A DNA stretch of 56,749 bases. It comes from Prorocentrum cordatum. Taxonomy: Eukaryota. The position numbers and the translations under genes are program-made. Of this stretch, positions 14,487 to 26,700 are shown in pieces. Positions within the stretch are counted from its first letter, which is position 1; every line of letters begins with the position of its first letter. Below the pieces are notes generated by a model. It had not been told where the DNA came from. It made no database searches and worked only from the letters and a program-made list of their open reading frames with translations. Where the stretch lies: positions 62,001-118,749 of the forward strand of contig CAUYUJ010000071.1 in assembly GCA_963575745.1 (NCBI GenBank), in the 5' to 3' direction.

Positions 14487-17400
14487 TAACATCGTCATCC
14501 CCATCATCATCAGCATCATCATTATCAGCATCATCACCATCATCATCAGCTCGCCATCATCACCATTACCGGCTGTCACTGCTTTCATCCGTCCTCTGTG
14601 CCGTTGTCGCAGGAGCTCTTACCAGGCACTCGAAGCATGCGAATGCAGCCCGCACTGTCAGAGAGAAAACACCGCGCAACACGTCAAGCGACGCAAGAGT
14701 GGGCTGCTGCGTCATCCCACTGCGCAGGCACGCGTCGGAACTGCCTCCCCGCCCCCCCCCTTCTCTGGCGCGTGAGGCGCGCGGGAGGCGGCGCCGAAGG
14801 CTCACCGCCAGGGCTCTGGGGAGAGGAGCATGGCGCCCAACCGAGAAAGCCGCGCGGGCCCCCGAACGTGCATGTCCCTGCCGCTGCACTTCTTACGGCC
14901 GTGCACCGTGGCGCCGAAGGGCCGGCAGGTACCCCGACCTGCAGGGCGCACGGCTCCTGCAGGCAGCCTCGGGGTGCGCCGCGGTCCGGCGGCCTGCCCC
15001 GGAAACGGAAGACACCCGAGCAGAAAAAAACCGACTCGAGGCAGCTACTCCAGATTTCGTAATAAAGGGAGGGGGGTCTCATTTCGGGGAGGGGTCTCTT
15101 CCAGGCTATCTTGGAGGGCCTGGGGGGTCTGGGGACGATGTTTTGGAGGGTTCTCCCACGGGGGAGGTCTGAAATGGCTTGTCTTGGAGGGTCCAGACCC
15201 CCTCCCTTTTATTACGAAATCTGGAGTACTCAAATTCCGCGGTAAGCGCAGGGGCAGTACGGTCGGGAACGTTTGCTTAGCGCGTCGGGGCGGCGGCCCC
15301 CGCGACACGCTGTGCCTTGCGAGCGGATAACGTGCCGCTCCGCTCCGAGGGGCGGGAGGCTGGGAAAGGGCGCGTGACGTCGACGCTCGGGGGCTGGGAC
15401 GTGGATGGCGCGCCGCGCCGAGGCGTGGTGGGCCAGAACCGGCGGCGAGACACGCTGAGTCAAAGTTCTCGACCGTATAGGCGCCCCGGCTCCCCAACCT
15501 GTGGGACGCTGGGGCGGCTGCACACTGAACTCCTCCGCCAAATTCGCTGGCTCCTCGGCCAGCCAGACGACGCAGTGCATACGTCGAGCTCTTCCGACCG
15601 CCGCGAGCTCGGCGCTGTTCCGTGGCAAGCGTGGGGGTGGGGGTTGGGGGAGGCGCCCCCGCTGGGGTCGACCTCGCCTCGGCGGATCACAGCGCCACGG
15701 GTCGAAGCGCCGTCGGCGCGCCGCGGCTGTCCACGACGGGGGCCGCTGTTTCGCGGTTGTCTTCACGAACCGACTACAAAGATGTGTTAAAAAGAAAATT
15801 CCTTCAAGCCGAAGAACGGGACGAAACCCAGCGATTGAAACAAACGTTGAAATTTAAACTGGCGCCACACGAAACGAAGACCGGAACGAGGCGTTTAGAA
15901 TTCCTCGACGTGGAGATCCCCACATGTGCATCTCGTACTCCTGTCGCGTCTCACTGAAGACTCTGTCTATCAGCATCTGGGTGTGAATGCGAATCCGCGT
16001 GGACGACAGGTGCGGCAACGAGGACAACGACGACGACGACGACGACGATGACGACGACGACGACAGCGACCACTTCAATGACGTCCTCCTCCTCTGGGCA
16101 TCTATTAGGGAAGACGAGGGAGCACACAAACGCAGTGGCACGCCAGCTGTATTCCGGTAACCACGTGTGTGCGCGCGAGCATTAGTGCGAGTGAATATGA
16201 GCGTTTGGTGATCTGAATGTGAGCGAGTCGGAGTGTGAGTGGATACGGGTACGATTGAGCCTGAGTGTGAGTGAGTCTGGATATAGTAGGAATGGGACTG
16301 AGTATGAGTCTGAATGCGAGCGAGTCTAAGTGCGAGGGGGTCTGAGTGCGAGTGAGTCTGAGTGTGGGTGAGTCTGAGCTTGAGCGTGGTAAATACAATT
16401 CTGAGTATGAGTGGGCCTGGGTGCGAGGTAGTTTGAGTATGAAGAGTCTAGGGTAGGTGAGTCTGAGTGTGAGTCAGTCTGAGTGTGAGTTGGTCTGGGT
16501 GTGAGTGAGTCTGAGCTTGAGTGAGCGAGCCGGAGCATGAGCGGGCAAGGATGAGTGAGTCTTATGATGGTTCACTATGAGTAAGAGTGAGTATGAATAT
16601 GATGAGTGAGTCTGAGTGAGGAAGAGGTGCTGATGAGCAGGTCCAAGTGCGAATGACCTCGTCTGAGTGGGAAAAAGGGAAGCAGGCGAGTGAATGAGTG
16701 AGTGAGGAAGACACAAGTCCAAAGAGAAGTCTGCCGGGCAGAGACTGGCAAACCGCTTGAGCCATCCCCACAATCTGGGCGCGAACCCTGAAGTGACCCC
16801 TGGCGGCTCCCCCATGGGAGCTCAAATGCGACGCCTGCCATATCGCGTAGAGTATTGAACCACAAAGCAAAAAATCTGGGGGGGGGGGGGGGGCAGATAC
16901 AGGCAAACCGCCAGAGACAACCCCACAATCTGAGCGCGACTTCTGGCATGTCCCAACCCCTGGTGGCTCCCCCTTGGGATGCCCGAGTGTCACGCCTGCT
17001 ATATTGCGGTGAGCATGGGCCCGCCAAAAGAGAAAGTCTGGGGAGCAGAAACAGGCAAACCGCTTGAAACAACCCCACAATCTGGGCGCGGCGTCTGGCA
17101 TGTCTTCACCCCTGATGGCTCCTCCTTGGGGGGCCCAAGTGCCACCCCTGCTATATCGGGGTGAGCATGGGACAACCGACAAAGAACAGTCTGAGGGAGG
17201 CAGAAACAGGCAAACTGCTTGAGACATCCCCGCATTCTGGGCGCGACATTTGGAGTGCCCCCACCCCTGGCGGCTCCCCCCTGGGGTGCCCGAGTGCCAC
17301 GCCAGCCATGACGCGGTGAGCAGTGGACCACCGAGAAGGCCTGAGTGAGTCTGAGTGAGGACGAGCGTGCCAGAGGGAGAGACGCTGAATGTGCATGAGT

Positions 17401-20400
17401 GGGAGCGCGTCTGAAGCTAAGTCTGGATCTGAGTGAGTCTGAGTGAGGACATGATGTGGCTGAGCCTGCTTGAGGAAGGCTGAGTCTGTGGACCCCGTGA
17501 GAAAAATGAATCTTAGAATACGGTGAACAAAAACAAAAAACGAAAAGAAACGGAAAACGAACAACGAAGCGAGCAAACAAACAAACACACAAACCAAGCT
17601 AAGCAGCGTTGTGGTCGGTCGTTCGTGGTCTTTGGCAGGACTCGCAAAAGAGCAAAAGCCCTGCCTGGTAACATGCCGCCTCCTAACCATCGTGCTGCCA
17701 TAAGAAACGGCTGAACTGCAACGAGGAGGGTTTTCTGGCCACGGCAAGCCTCGGTCACGAAGCGGCTTCCCCAGCCTGCCCAGCCTGGATCCAAAGAACG
17801 GCCGAAAACCAGAGCCCGTCCTGGGCCCAGAATGTCTTGACCGCGCGGCTGTCTGCGACGGGGGGTCGATGTCTGTGGTTGCCTTCGATAGGGCTCGCAC
17901 AGTCACAAGCTCTCGCCTAGCATATTGCCGCCTCCTGGTGGACGTGTTCTCCCTCCGCAGCCCCAACCCGAATCTTCTCATCCGCCGGGCAGTTCCGCTT
18001 CGTCACATCCTCCTTCCTACTTTTCCTCCTCGTCCCTTCTTCCTCTTCCTTCCTCCTCTTCTTCCTCCTTCTCCGCCTCCTCCTACATTTCCTTCACATC
18101 TTATCGTTCCTACCAGGCCGCCAGAGACCGCGAGGGCCCCGATCCTTGATCATCCGCTTGGCCCTCTCGATGTTGTCCGGCATCCCAGAGAGGTACACCG
18201 TGCGCTTGTCCGGCTTATCGGGGGTATCGTCCTTCAGGATCCCGTGGAGGAGGGGAGTGAGGAGTGGGAACAAGAAGGATGTGGAGGAGGAGAAGAGAGA
18301 GGGGAGGAGACAAGCCAGGCGCGCTCGTGCCACATCTGACATCGTATCTCTCCCTCCCATCCCTTCCCTGTGCGCTGATGTTTCTCTATCCGCGGACGCG
18401 TGTCATAGTCGACCTGGAACTCCAACAGAAGAGCACTGTCGTGTCATGCGCAATCGGAAAAGAGGAGCTGCGTACATGGGAGGAGCAGGTGGTGGGTTAG
18501 CAGGAGGATGAGCAGGAGGAAAGGAAGGAAGAAAAGCAGGAGGAGGAGGAGGAGGAGGTGGAAGGAGGAGGACGAGGACGAGCAGAAGCAGCAGGAACTG
18601 GAGCGGAAGGAGGGGGAGGAGCAGGAGGATCAGGGGGAGTCGGAGAAGGGGAAATGAGGGGGGCGACAGCGATGAAGAATGACTCGGATCAAAAACAATG
18701 GCCCGCTCTGGGGCGCGAGCACCACTCTGAACAATGGAAGCAAAGCGCCGATCCGAGAGTGAGGCCCACGCTGCAGGCGACAACAATCAGAGTGCAAAAT
18801 CCCACCAGCCCTAAGGGAGTAGATGGTCCAACGATGTGTGTTCGCTCCTCTTCTAAAGCCCCCCTTCCCCTCGGGGAGGGGTACCCTCCTCCTCGCTTCC
18901 GTGGGTATCTTTGTCTGGGGGTGTCGCGAGTCGTCAGGGCGCGCAAAATGGCCCAATAAGGCTCATAGATGGCGCCCGATGCTCCAAAATGGCCTCCAAG
19001 ATGGTTCGAGACAGCCTCCGACATGCCTCCAAGACGCCCCAAGAGGACCGCAAGACGGCTCAAAGTGCTCTCGGAGCCCCCATCCGGATCCCCCCAAGAG
19101 GCAAACATCAGTCAAAAACCAAGGGGAAGTCAAAATGATGTTTGCCGTCTCGCCTTTTTACCTAACAGCGAAGACTGATAAGTTTCTAGAATGGTCTCAA
19201 AAGAAAACATCATGACTCCACAGGGGGGTCCGGGCAGGATCCGGGGAGAATCCGTGGAAGTCTTTTTCAGCAAACAGTTACACTTTTCGTGGTTTTCGAA
19301 GTCCCAGAACTCCACTCCCGAGCCACATTCTGAATGCCCGGAGCCAACTGTAGGCCACTTCGTGGTCGTCGAGTTCCCAGAATTCCATTCTTGGGCATGA
19401 TTTTGAATTCCCGGAGCCAACTGTAAGCCACTTCGTGCTCCTCGAGTTCCCAGAACTCCACTCCTGGGCATGATTTTGAATGCCCGGAGCCAACTGTAGG
19501 CCACTTCGTGGTCTTCGAGCTCCCAGAGGTCCACTCCTGGGCATGAGTTTGAATGCCCGGAGCCAACTGTAGGCCACTTCGTGGTCTTCGAGTTCCCAAA
19601 ATTCCATTCCTGGGTATGATTTTGAATGCCCTGAACCAACTGTAGGCCGCTTCGTGGTCTTCGAGTTCCCAGAATTCCATTCCTGGGCATGAGTCTGAAT
19701 GCCTGGAGCCAACTGCAGGCCACTTCGTGTTCTTCGAGCTCCCAGAAATCATTCCCGGGCCACATTTTGAATGCTGAGGCAGGCTGAGGCTGAGGCAGGC
19801 TGAGGCTGAGGCTGAGGCAGGCTGAGGCTGAGGCCGAGGCTGAAGGCAGACTGAGGCTGAGGCTGAAGCAGGCTGAGGCTGAGGCTGAGGCTGAGGCTGA
19901 TCCAGGCTGATGTTCTGGCAGGCTAAGGCTGAGGCTGAGGCTGATGCAGGCTGAGGCTCAGGCATGCTGAGGCTGAGGCCGAGGCTGAAGGCAGACTGAG
20001 GCTGAGGCTGAAGCAGGCTGAGGCTGAGGCTGAGGCAGGCTGAGGCTGAGGCAGGCTGAGGCTGAGGCAGGCTGAGGCTGAGGCTGAGGCCGATGCAGGC
20101 TGAGGCTGAGGCTGAGGCAGGCTGAGGCTGAGGCCGAGGCTGAAGGCAGACGGAGGCTGAGGCTGAAGCAGGCTGAGGCTGAGGCTGAGGCAGGCTGAGG
20201 CTGAAGCAGGCTGAGGCTGAGGCTGAGGCAGGCTGAGGCTGAGGCTGAGGCAGGCTGAGGCTGAGGCTGAGGCTGAGGCTGAGGCTGAGGCTGAGGCTGA
20301 GGCTGAGGCTGAAGGCAGATTGAGGCTGAGGCTGAAGCAGGCTGAGGCTGAGGCTGAGGCAGGCAGGCTGAGGCTGAGGCAGGCTGAGGCTGAGGCAGGC

Positions 20401-22358
20401 TGAGGCTGAGGCAGGCTGAGGCTGAGGCTGAGGCTGATGCAGGCTGAGGCTGAGGCAGGCTGAGGCTGAGGCTGAAGGCAGACTGAGGCTGAGGCTGAAG
20501 CAGGCTAAGGCTGAGGCTGAGGCTGAGGCTGAGGCTGAGGCAGGCTGAGGCTGAGGCAGGCTGAGGCTGAGGCTGTGACTGCGACTGCCGTTGCCGCTGC
20601 GACCGTCATCGCGAATGCGACTGCGACTGCGAGAACAGCAGAATTCTATAACTAGATTCTCATCTGAATCTTAAGGGGAATGCTTCCAAATATGCTCCTA
20701 CACATCGCTGTTAGGTTGCTTTGCCGGGATAATCACTTCCGATTAGCTACGGCCCCAAGATGGTCCAAGAAAGTCCCAAGAGGGGTCTAAGAGACCCCCC
20801 AGAAGGCCTCAAGAGCGTCCAGGAGCGCCCCAAAGGGCCCCAAGAAACGAGCTTACGGGCTCTACGGGGGGAGCGGTGCCAAACAAGGCCCCCCTTTTGA
20901 TCGATGGCCTCCAAGATGACCCCAAGAGGCCCTCCAGGGCTCCAAAGAGACCCCCAAGAGAGCTCCAAGAAGGCCCCAAGACCCCCCAGGGGAACCCCCA
21001 AAAGAACCCCCAGAGGGCCCCAAGAGGGCCCCGAGAGAGCCCCAAGACCCAAGAGGACCCTAAGAGGGCCTGAAGAAGATCCCGAGATGGCTGACAGAGT
21101 GTTCGTCCTCCTCGTCCTCGCCATCCTCGTCCTCTCCTCCTGCTCCTCCTCCTCCTCCTCCTCCTCCTCCTCCTCCTCCTCCTCCTCCTCCTCCTCCTCC
21201 TCCTCCTCGTCATCCTCCTCTGGGTCGTTGTTTTCGTTATTCACATTTCCCTCGTCCTCCTTCCTCCTCCTCCTCCTCGTCATCCTCCTCTTCTTCGTTG
21301 TTTTCGTGATTGTCATCTTCATCGTCGTCCTCGTCCTCGTCTCCGTCCTCTTCCTCCTCCACCTCCTTCTCGTCCTTGCCCTCGTCGTCATCCTCGTCCG
21401 TGTCATCCTCGTCCTCTTCTTCATTCTCATCCCCCTCCTCCTCGTTCACCTCCTCTCGTCGTCCTCCATACCATCCTCCCACTCCTCCTCCCCTCCTTCC
21501 CCACATCCTCAGTTCACCATAGTTGCCCGTCTTGATTCACTATATGTATCTCTCCCTCCAGATTCCCATCAACATTCATGGGCAGCGGCGTTTCCGAATG
21601 GGCGCATGGGGATTTTACGGCCGCAGGCGAACGCGCCAGCGGCGGGCGAAGTGGGTCGGGCCGCGACCGGCTTAAATTACCGACGGCTAACGCGCGCGAC
21701 TAGGCGGTCGCGGCGGCGCCGGATGCAGCAAGCAGCAACTGCGGCGAGGGTGAGGCTGATCCCAGGGGGAGCTGAACCCAGGGCAGAGCTGCAAGGTGAC
21801 CCAGGGAAACCCAGGGGACACCAAATTAGCCAAACCTGACACGCGCTGCCAAAATGGCGCGAAATCTGAAGAGGCGCCAGCCGAAGCGTCGCACACCGAC
21901 AGACCAAGTAATGACCGCTCAAAGGTAGGTAAACCTGCGTCCCAGGAGCAATCATGTGCACCGCTGTCCTTGCATAGCATAGCAAAAGCGCATGGGGATA
22001 CGCGAAGCGTGAATAATCCAGAGGACAGCATCATACTTGTCCAATCCCGTCCAAAGAACATCTTCCGTACGGAGTCAGGGGAGCGAGGAGAGTAGTATTC
22101 AGAATGTGTAAGTGTGAAGCGAGTGAGTGTGTCAGTCAGCCAGCAAATCGGTGAGTGAGGGAGCGGACGAGCGAGGGAGGGAGACGGGGCAGGAGGGAGG
22201 GAGGGACGGACGGACGGACGGACGGAGTGACGAGTGACGAGCGAGCGAGCGAGGTGCACAGTATGTACACAGGTGTGTATGGTCGAGGGGATCAGCAACT
22301 CGAACGAGTGATCAGGCGAGTAGGCATGATCCCCGAGCAGCAAAGCACCTACGACAAA

Positions 22359-22406
<48 letters not shown>

Positions 22407-23712
22407 GGCACCCCGTCCTTGGAGATCTCGATGCGGACGCCACAGTCCTTCGAGATAGAGTTGATCGTGTCGCCCCCCTTGCCGATCAGCATCCCGACCA
22501 GGTCGTTCATGATCGTGATGCTCGACTGCTGCGGCACGGCCGGGCGCGACTCGGTCTTGTCACCGTCCCCGTCCGCCTCTTCAAAGGGAAGAGAAGCACG
22601 CAGTGTGTGCCGACGACCCTGGCCTAGACCGTCCTGGGTCCAGGACTCCTCCTCCTCCTTCTCCTCCCCCTCCCTCCTCCTCCTCCGCCTCCTCCTCCCA
22701 GAGCAGACGCCCTCCTGGCTCGGCCAGGGAAGCAAACGCACCGATCCCGGGCCCAGGATGGGCCCGGCCGGGATCGGTGCAGGTGCACACTGCTCGTCGC
22801 CGGAGCCTTGCCCTTGTCCGCGTCGGCCCCCGCGGTCAGCGCTGGCAGCCCCAGCTTCTTGGCCTCCTTGCCGATCATCTCCTCGACCATCTTCTTGGCG
22901 AATTCGATGCACTCTGGGGGGCCGGTGATGTGTATCACCTGGGCAGCAAGCTTCGACACACCGCCACCGTGCCATGTCAAGGCCATCCTGGGGCCTGGCA
23001 TGGTGTATACGCCCTCCTGGCCGAGGTCAGGAGGGTCCATACAGTGGAGGCCAGTCCACAAGAAATCTTCCACAAGAAACCCAACCCTGAGACCCCAGGA
23101 CGTCCATTGATTTTTGGTGTGGGAACGTCACGCCTTCCATCGCAAAACCATCGAAACCCAAGAAACCCAGGGCACCCTGGAGACAAGCAGGGTATTTCTT
23201 GGCATGGGTCTCCACTGTGTACGCCCTCCTGGCCGAGGTCGGGAAGGTCCATACATAATCCTGAGGCCCAGGATAGTCCTGACTGGGCACGGCGGGCATC
23301 ACAGGTTCTTTCTGCGGATCACCCTCGCGTCAGGGTCCTCGGCGCAGGCATCCTTTGAGATGTCGATGCGCGCCCCGCTCTCCTTCTTGAGATCCTTGAT
23401 CGTCTCGCCGTTCTTCCCGATGAGGATGCCAACCAGCTCCTGCGAGACCTTCATTACGCAGGCGTTCGAGGAAGTGCCCGACCCAGAGATCTCGCGCGCC
23501 TGCTTCAGGATATCCTCGATGAGCTGCTTGGCTTTATCAACGCAGGCCTGTGCGCCGCTGATGAAGACGCTGCGCTTGCCGCCTGGGCTCGCTCCCTGTA
23601 TCGCTGTTCCCAGCTTCTCCATCCCCATCCCTCCATCTCCCTCGCTCCCCTCTCCCTATCCCTTTCCCTCGCCCTCTCTCCCTCCCTCCCTCTCTCACTT
23701 CATAAATTCCTA

Positions 23713-23751
<39 letters not shown>

Positions 23752-26700
23752 CCTCCCTCGCTCTCCCTTCTCCTCCATGTCTCTATATATATATATATAT
23801 ATATATGTATCCCTGCCTCGCCTCCACTCCACTCCCCCTCCCCCCCTCTCATCCATCCATCCATCCATCTGCCCCCCTCTCCCTGACTCTCTCCCTCCCT
23901 GTCTCCCCTAGAGATGAGGCTGCATCCCGTCGATTTCCCGCTCGCAATAATCTCGATCTGGACCAGATCTACGACATCGCCAGATATAGCGATAAGTATA
24001 GCAAGCTTGCCTTTAACGATATCAAGCGTTCCTCCAAATATGCTTGCTGCCCTTCCAAACGACGGTCATAAGTGACGGAACGGCTCCGCTGGAGCTTTGG
24101 TGGCAGTGTCTCCAACTCGCTGAAGGCATGCAGTATCAAAGACCTGGCTTAGGCGCTCCCAGGGAGCGGCCTGAACGTACTATTGATGTGGAAATGTTGA
24201 AAGATACGCCGCAGAAGGTTGGTGTCACCGACATAGGCCCCGCTTCACTGGATTATCAGTCGTGCTGGGCTCTGCATCGGCCCATACTGGGCCTCCAAGG
24301 AAGAAATTCGCTCATGAGTTACCTGTCGCTGGAAAGTCGCTCTTCCAAACGCTCCTCCCGGATGCTACTTCTCCTGAGGGTTACGGGGTTCAGCGATATC
24401 GTAGACGAGAGGGGGCACTCGTGGCTTCACATAACATTGGGGGGTGACATCGTCGACAGGCTTGGTGGAGCTGGGGGGCGAGTCTACTGACATAAGCATC
24501 CTTGTCGAAAGCACTGACTGGGCTCGCACGGGTCATACCATGTCTAGCATGGCGGGGGAGGGAACTGTTCTGCTGTGAGAAGCTGACATCGAAACACCGA
24601 TGACCTGCATCGTCAGGCTCGCTGCTCGTGGTCTGGAGCGGCGCGGGTGGCGCCGTTGCCTGACGCTTGGGCCTGTGGTCCCTTAGGCCGCACAGGAGGG
24701 GTGCGATAGAGCTGTCGCCGCTTTGAAGAAGGCCGCGCTCTGTCGCCTGTGGCATCCCTTTTCTTGCCCACCGACTCTGCGGCTGATTTCTTCCAAGGGG
24801 TCCCAAACAGGACGGTCCTGTTGCGAGGCGGCGGTTGTTCCTCGAAGGCGTGCCGCAGACGCGGCTGCAGGAGTGTCCTACTGCTACGCACGGATCGGGG
24901 GAAGGCATCCGGGCACACCTCTCTGGAGCAGGGCCACGAGCGTGGGTTGGTACCTCTTTGTGATCTGGTCCAGGTTTGCTCTGTGCTGCAGTTGGACAGT
25001 GAATCGCGACAGCTTGAAAGAGGCCTGTCCTGCGCAAGGCGCTGGCTCACACTAGAATCCGTCACTGGACCCCTCCCTGGTCCTGCTCATCATCATCCGC
25101 CCCATCATCATCATTGCCCTAAGCATCAGAACAACAATAGTACTAATAATGAGAATAGTATGAATAAGAACAAGAATAATAATCATAAGCATCATCATCA
25201 TCATCAGTAGCAGCACCATGGGCAGCAGCAGCAACAACAACATCAGCATCACCAGAATCGGCATCGTCATCAGTCATCCAAATTAGTTCTTGCGGATCCA
25301 CTTCATGATCATCATGCTCATCACCATCGAAGCAACAGCAGCAGCATCCTTACCATCACCACCACCATCACCATCACTATCACCATCGTCATCGTCATCG
25401 TCATCAGCGTCGTCATCACGATCATTTTCTCATCATTACGTTCAGCATCAACATCAACAGTATCATCATCCTCATTATCAGCATCGCCACCATCATCACA
25501 ATCACCAGCATCATCACCATCCTCATCATCGTCGTCGCCGTCAAAGTCGACGTTGTCGGCATCGTCAGCGTCATCGCCGCCGTCATCATCATCGTACTCA
25601 GCATCCTCACCAAGATCACATCATCCGCATCATCATCATGATCATAATCGCCATCACCATCACCATCACCACCACCATCATCGTCATCGCCATCGTCATC
25701 GCCATCTACATCGACATCGTTGGCGCCGTCGGCATCACCAAGCGGACAAGCGGACAGGCGGCCTGCAGTCGAGGTGCCGCGGGGGCACTGCAGGGTGGCG
25801 CGGGGGCGCCGCTATTGGTGAAGCAATGCGACAGCAACAGGACTCGATACATCAAATTGTCTGTAAGGAGGACAAGGAGGGGGAGGAGGAGGCAGACGGC
25901 GACGACGACACTAGAATATTAGCCGCGCAACCATGGCCACTAACCGTTGTGTGTACCCAGACTCCAAATTGTCCCACGTGTCCGTCCCCGCTAGTCGTAG
26001 AAACCCTGCAACATGTTGTGGCGCGTCTTCGACACACTGACGAATGTAGGATAGTATGTCGTCCCACCACCTGGTATTTTGCCGTCCAACACGGCGTTGT
26101 GTATGTATGTGCGCGTCATGTTGTGGCTCCCATTGTAACACTCGCTGCGCCCATTCCTTCGCACTGTTGGTACAAATTTCTTGCAACCATTTCCATTCAC
26201 GCTTTTTGATTGTGGTAATCCGATATCCGATCCCCAGATTTGAAATACTATGTTCGGCTTGTTGCGTTGCACGACGGATCCCATCCGTCCAAGGTTCACT
26301 GGCATATTCTTCCTGGAGTTGGTCAGCATCCGCGGCTGGAAGTGGTTGAGCGCTGTGAACATCCCCTCCACTGCCTGTGGTAGTTGAAGACTCGTCGTTT
26401 TCCCGGTAGTCGCCGTCGTTGTCGCCGTCGTGATTGCGTCGGGGATCTTCTTCTGATGACTCCAGCTTATTTTTTCAAGGCGTTTTGATGATCATGCGGA
26501 GCATCTGTCTCTGCGTTCTGCCAATTCTGTTTCCAAAATTCCTGAATAACCGTCCATGCCTCACAATCATACAGCATTCTCGGCGTAATTGCTCCCTGGA
26601 AAAAGCGGATTCGGTTATTCATAAAATAGCGTCTTCCCGAAAGCTCCTGCTTGAGCAAATGGAACTTCTCCACGCTGCAGAATTTCGGTTTTCCATCTCG

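Noticed and set aside
19277..19770. 73-bp units as a tRNA array or CRISPR
   Set aside because: No cloverleaf or box A/B recognisable and no spacers; they are internal tandem repeats of a dispersed element
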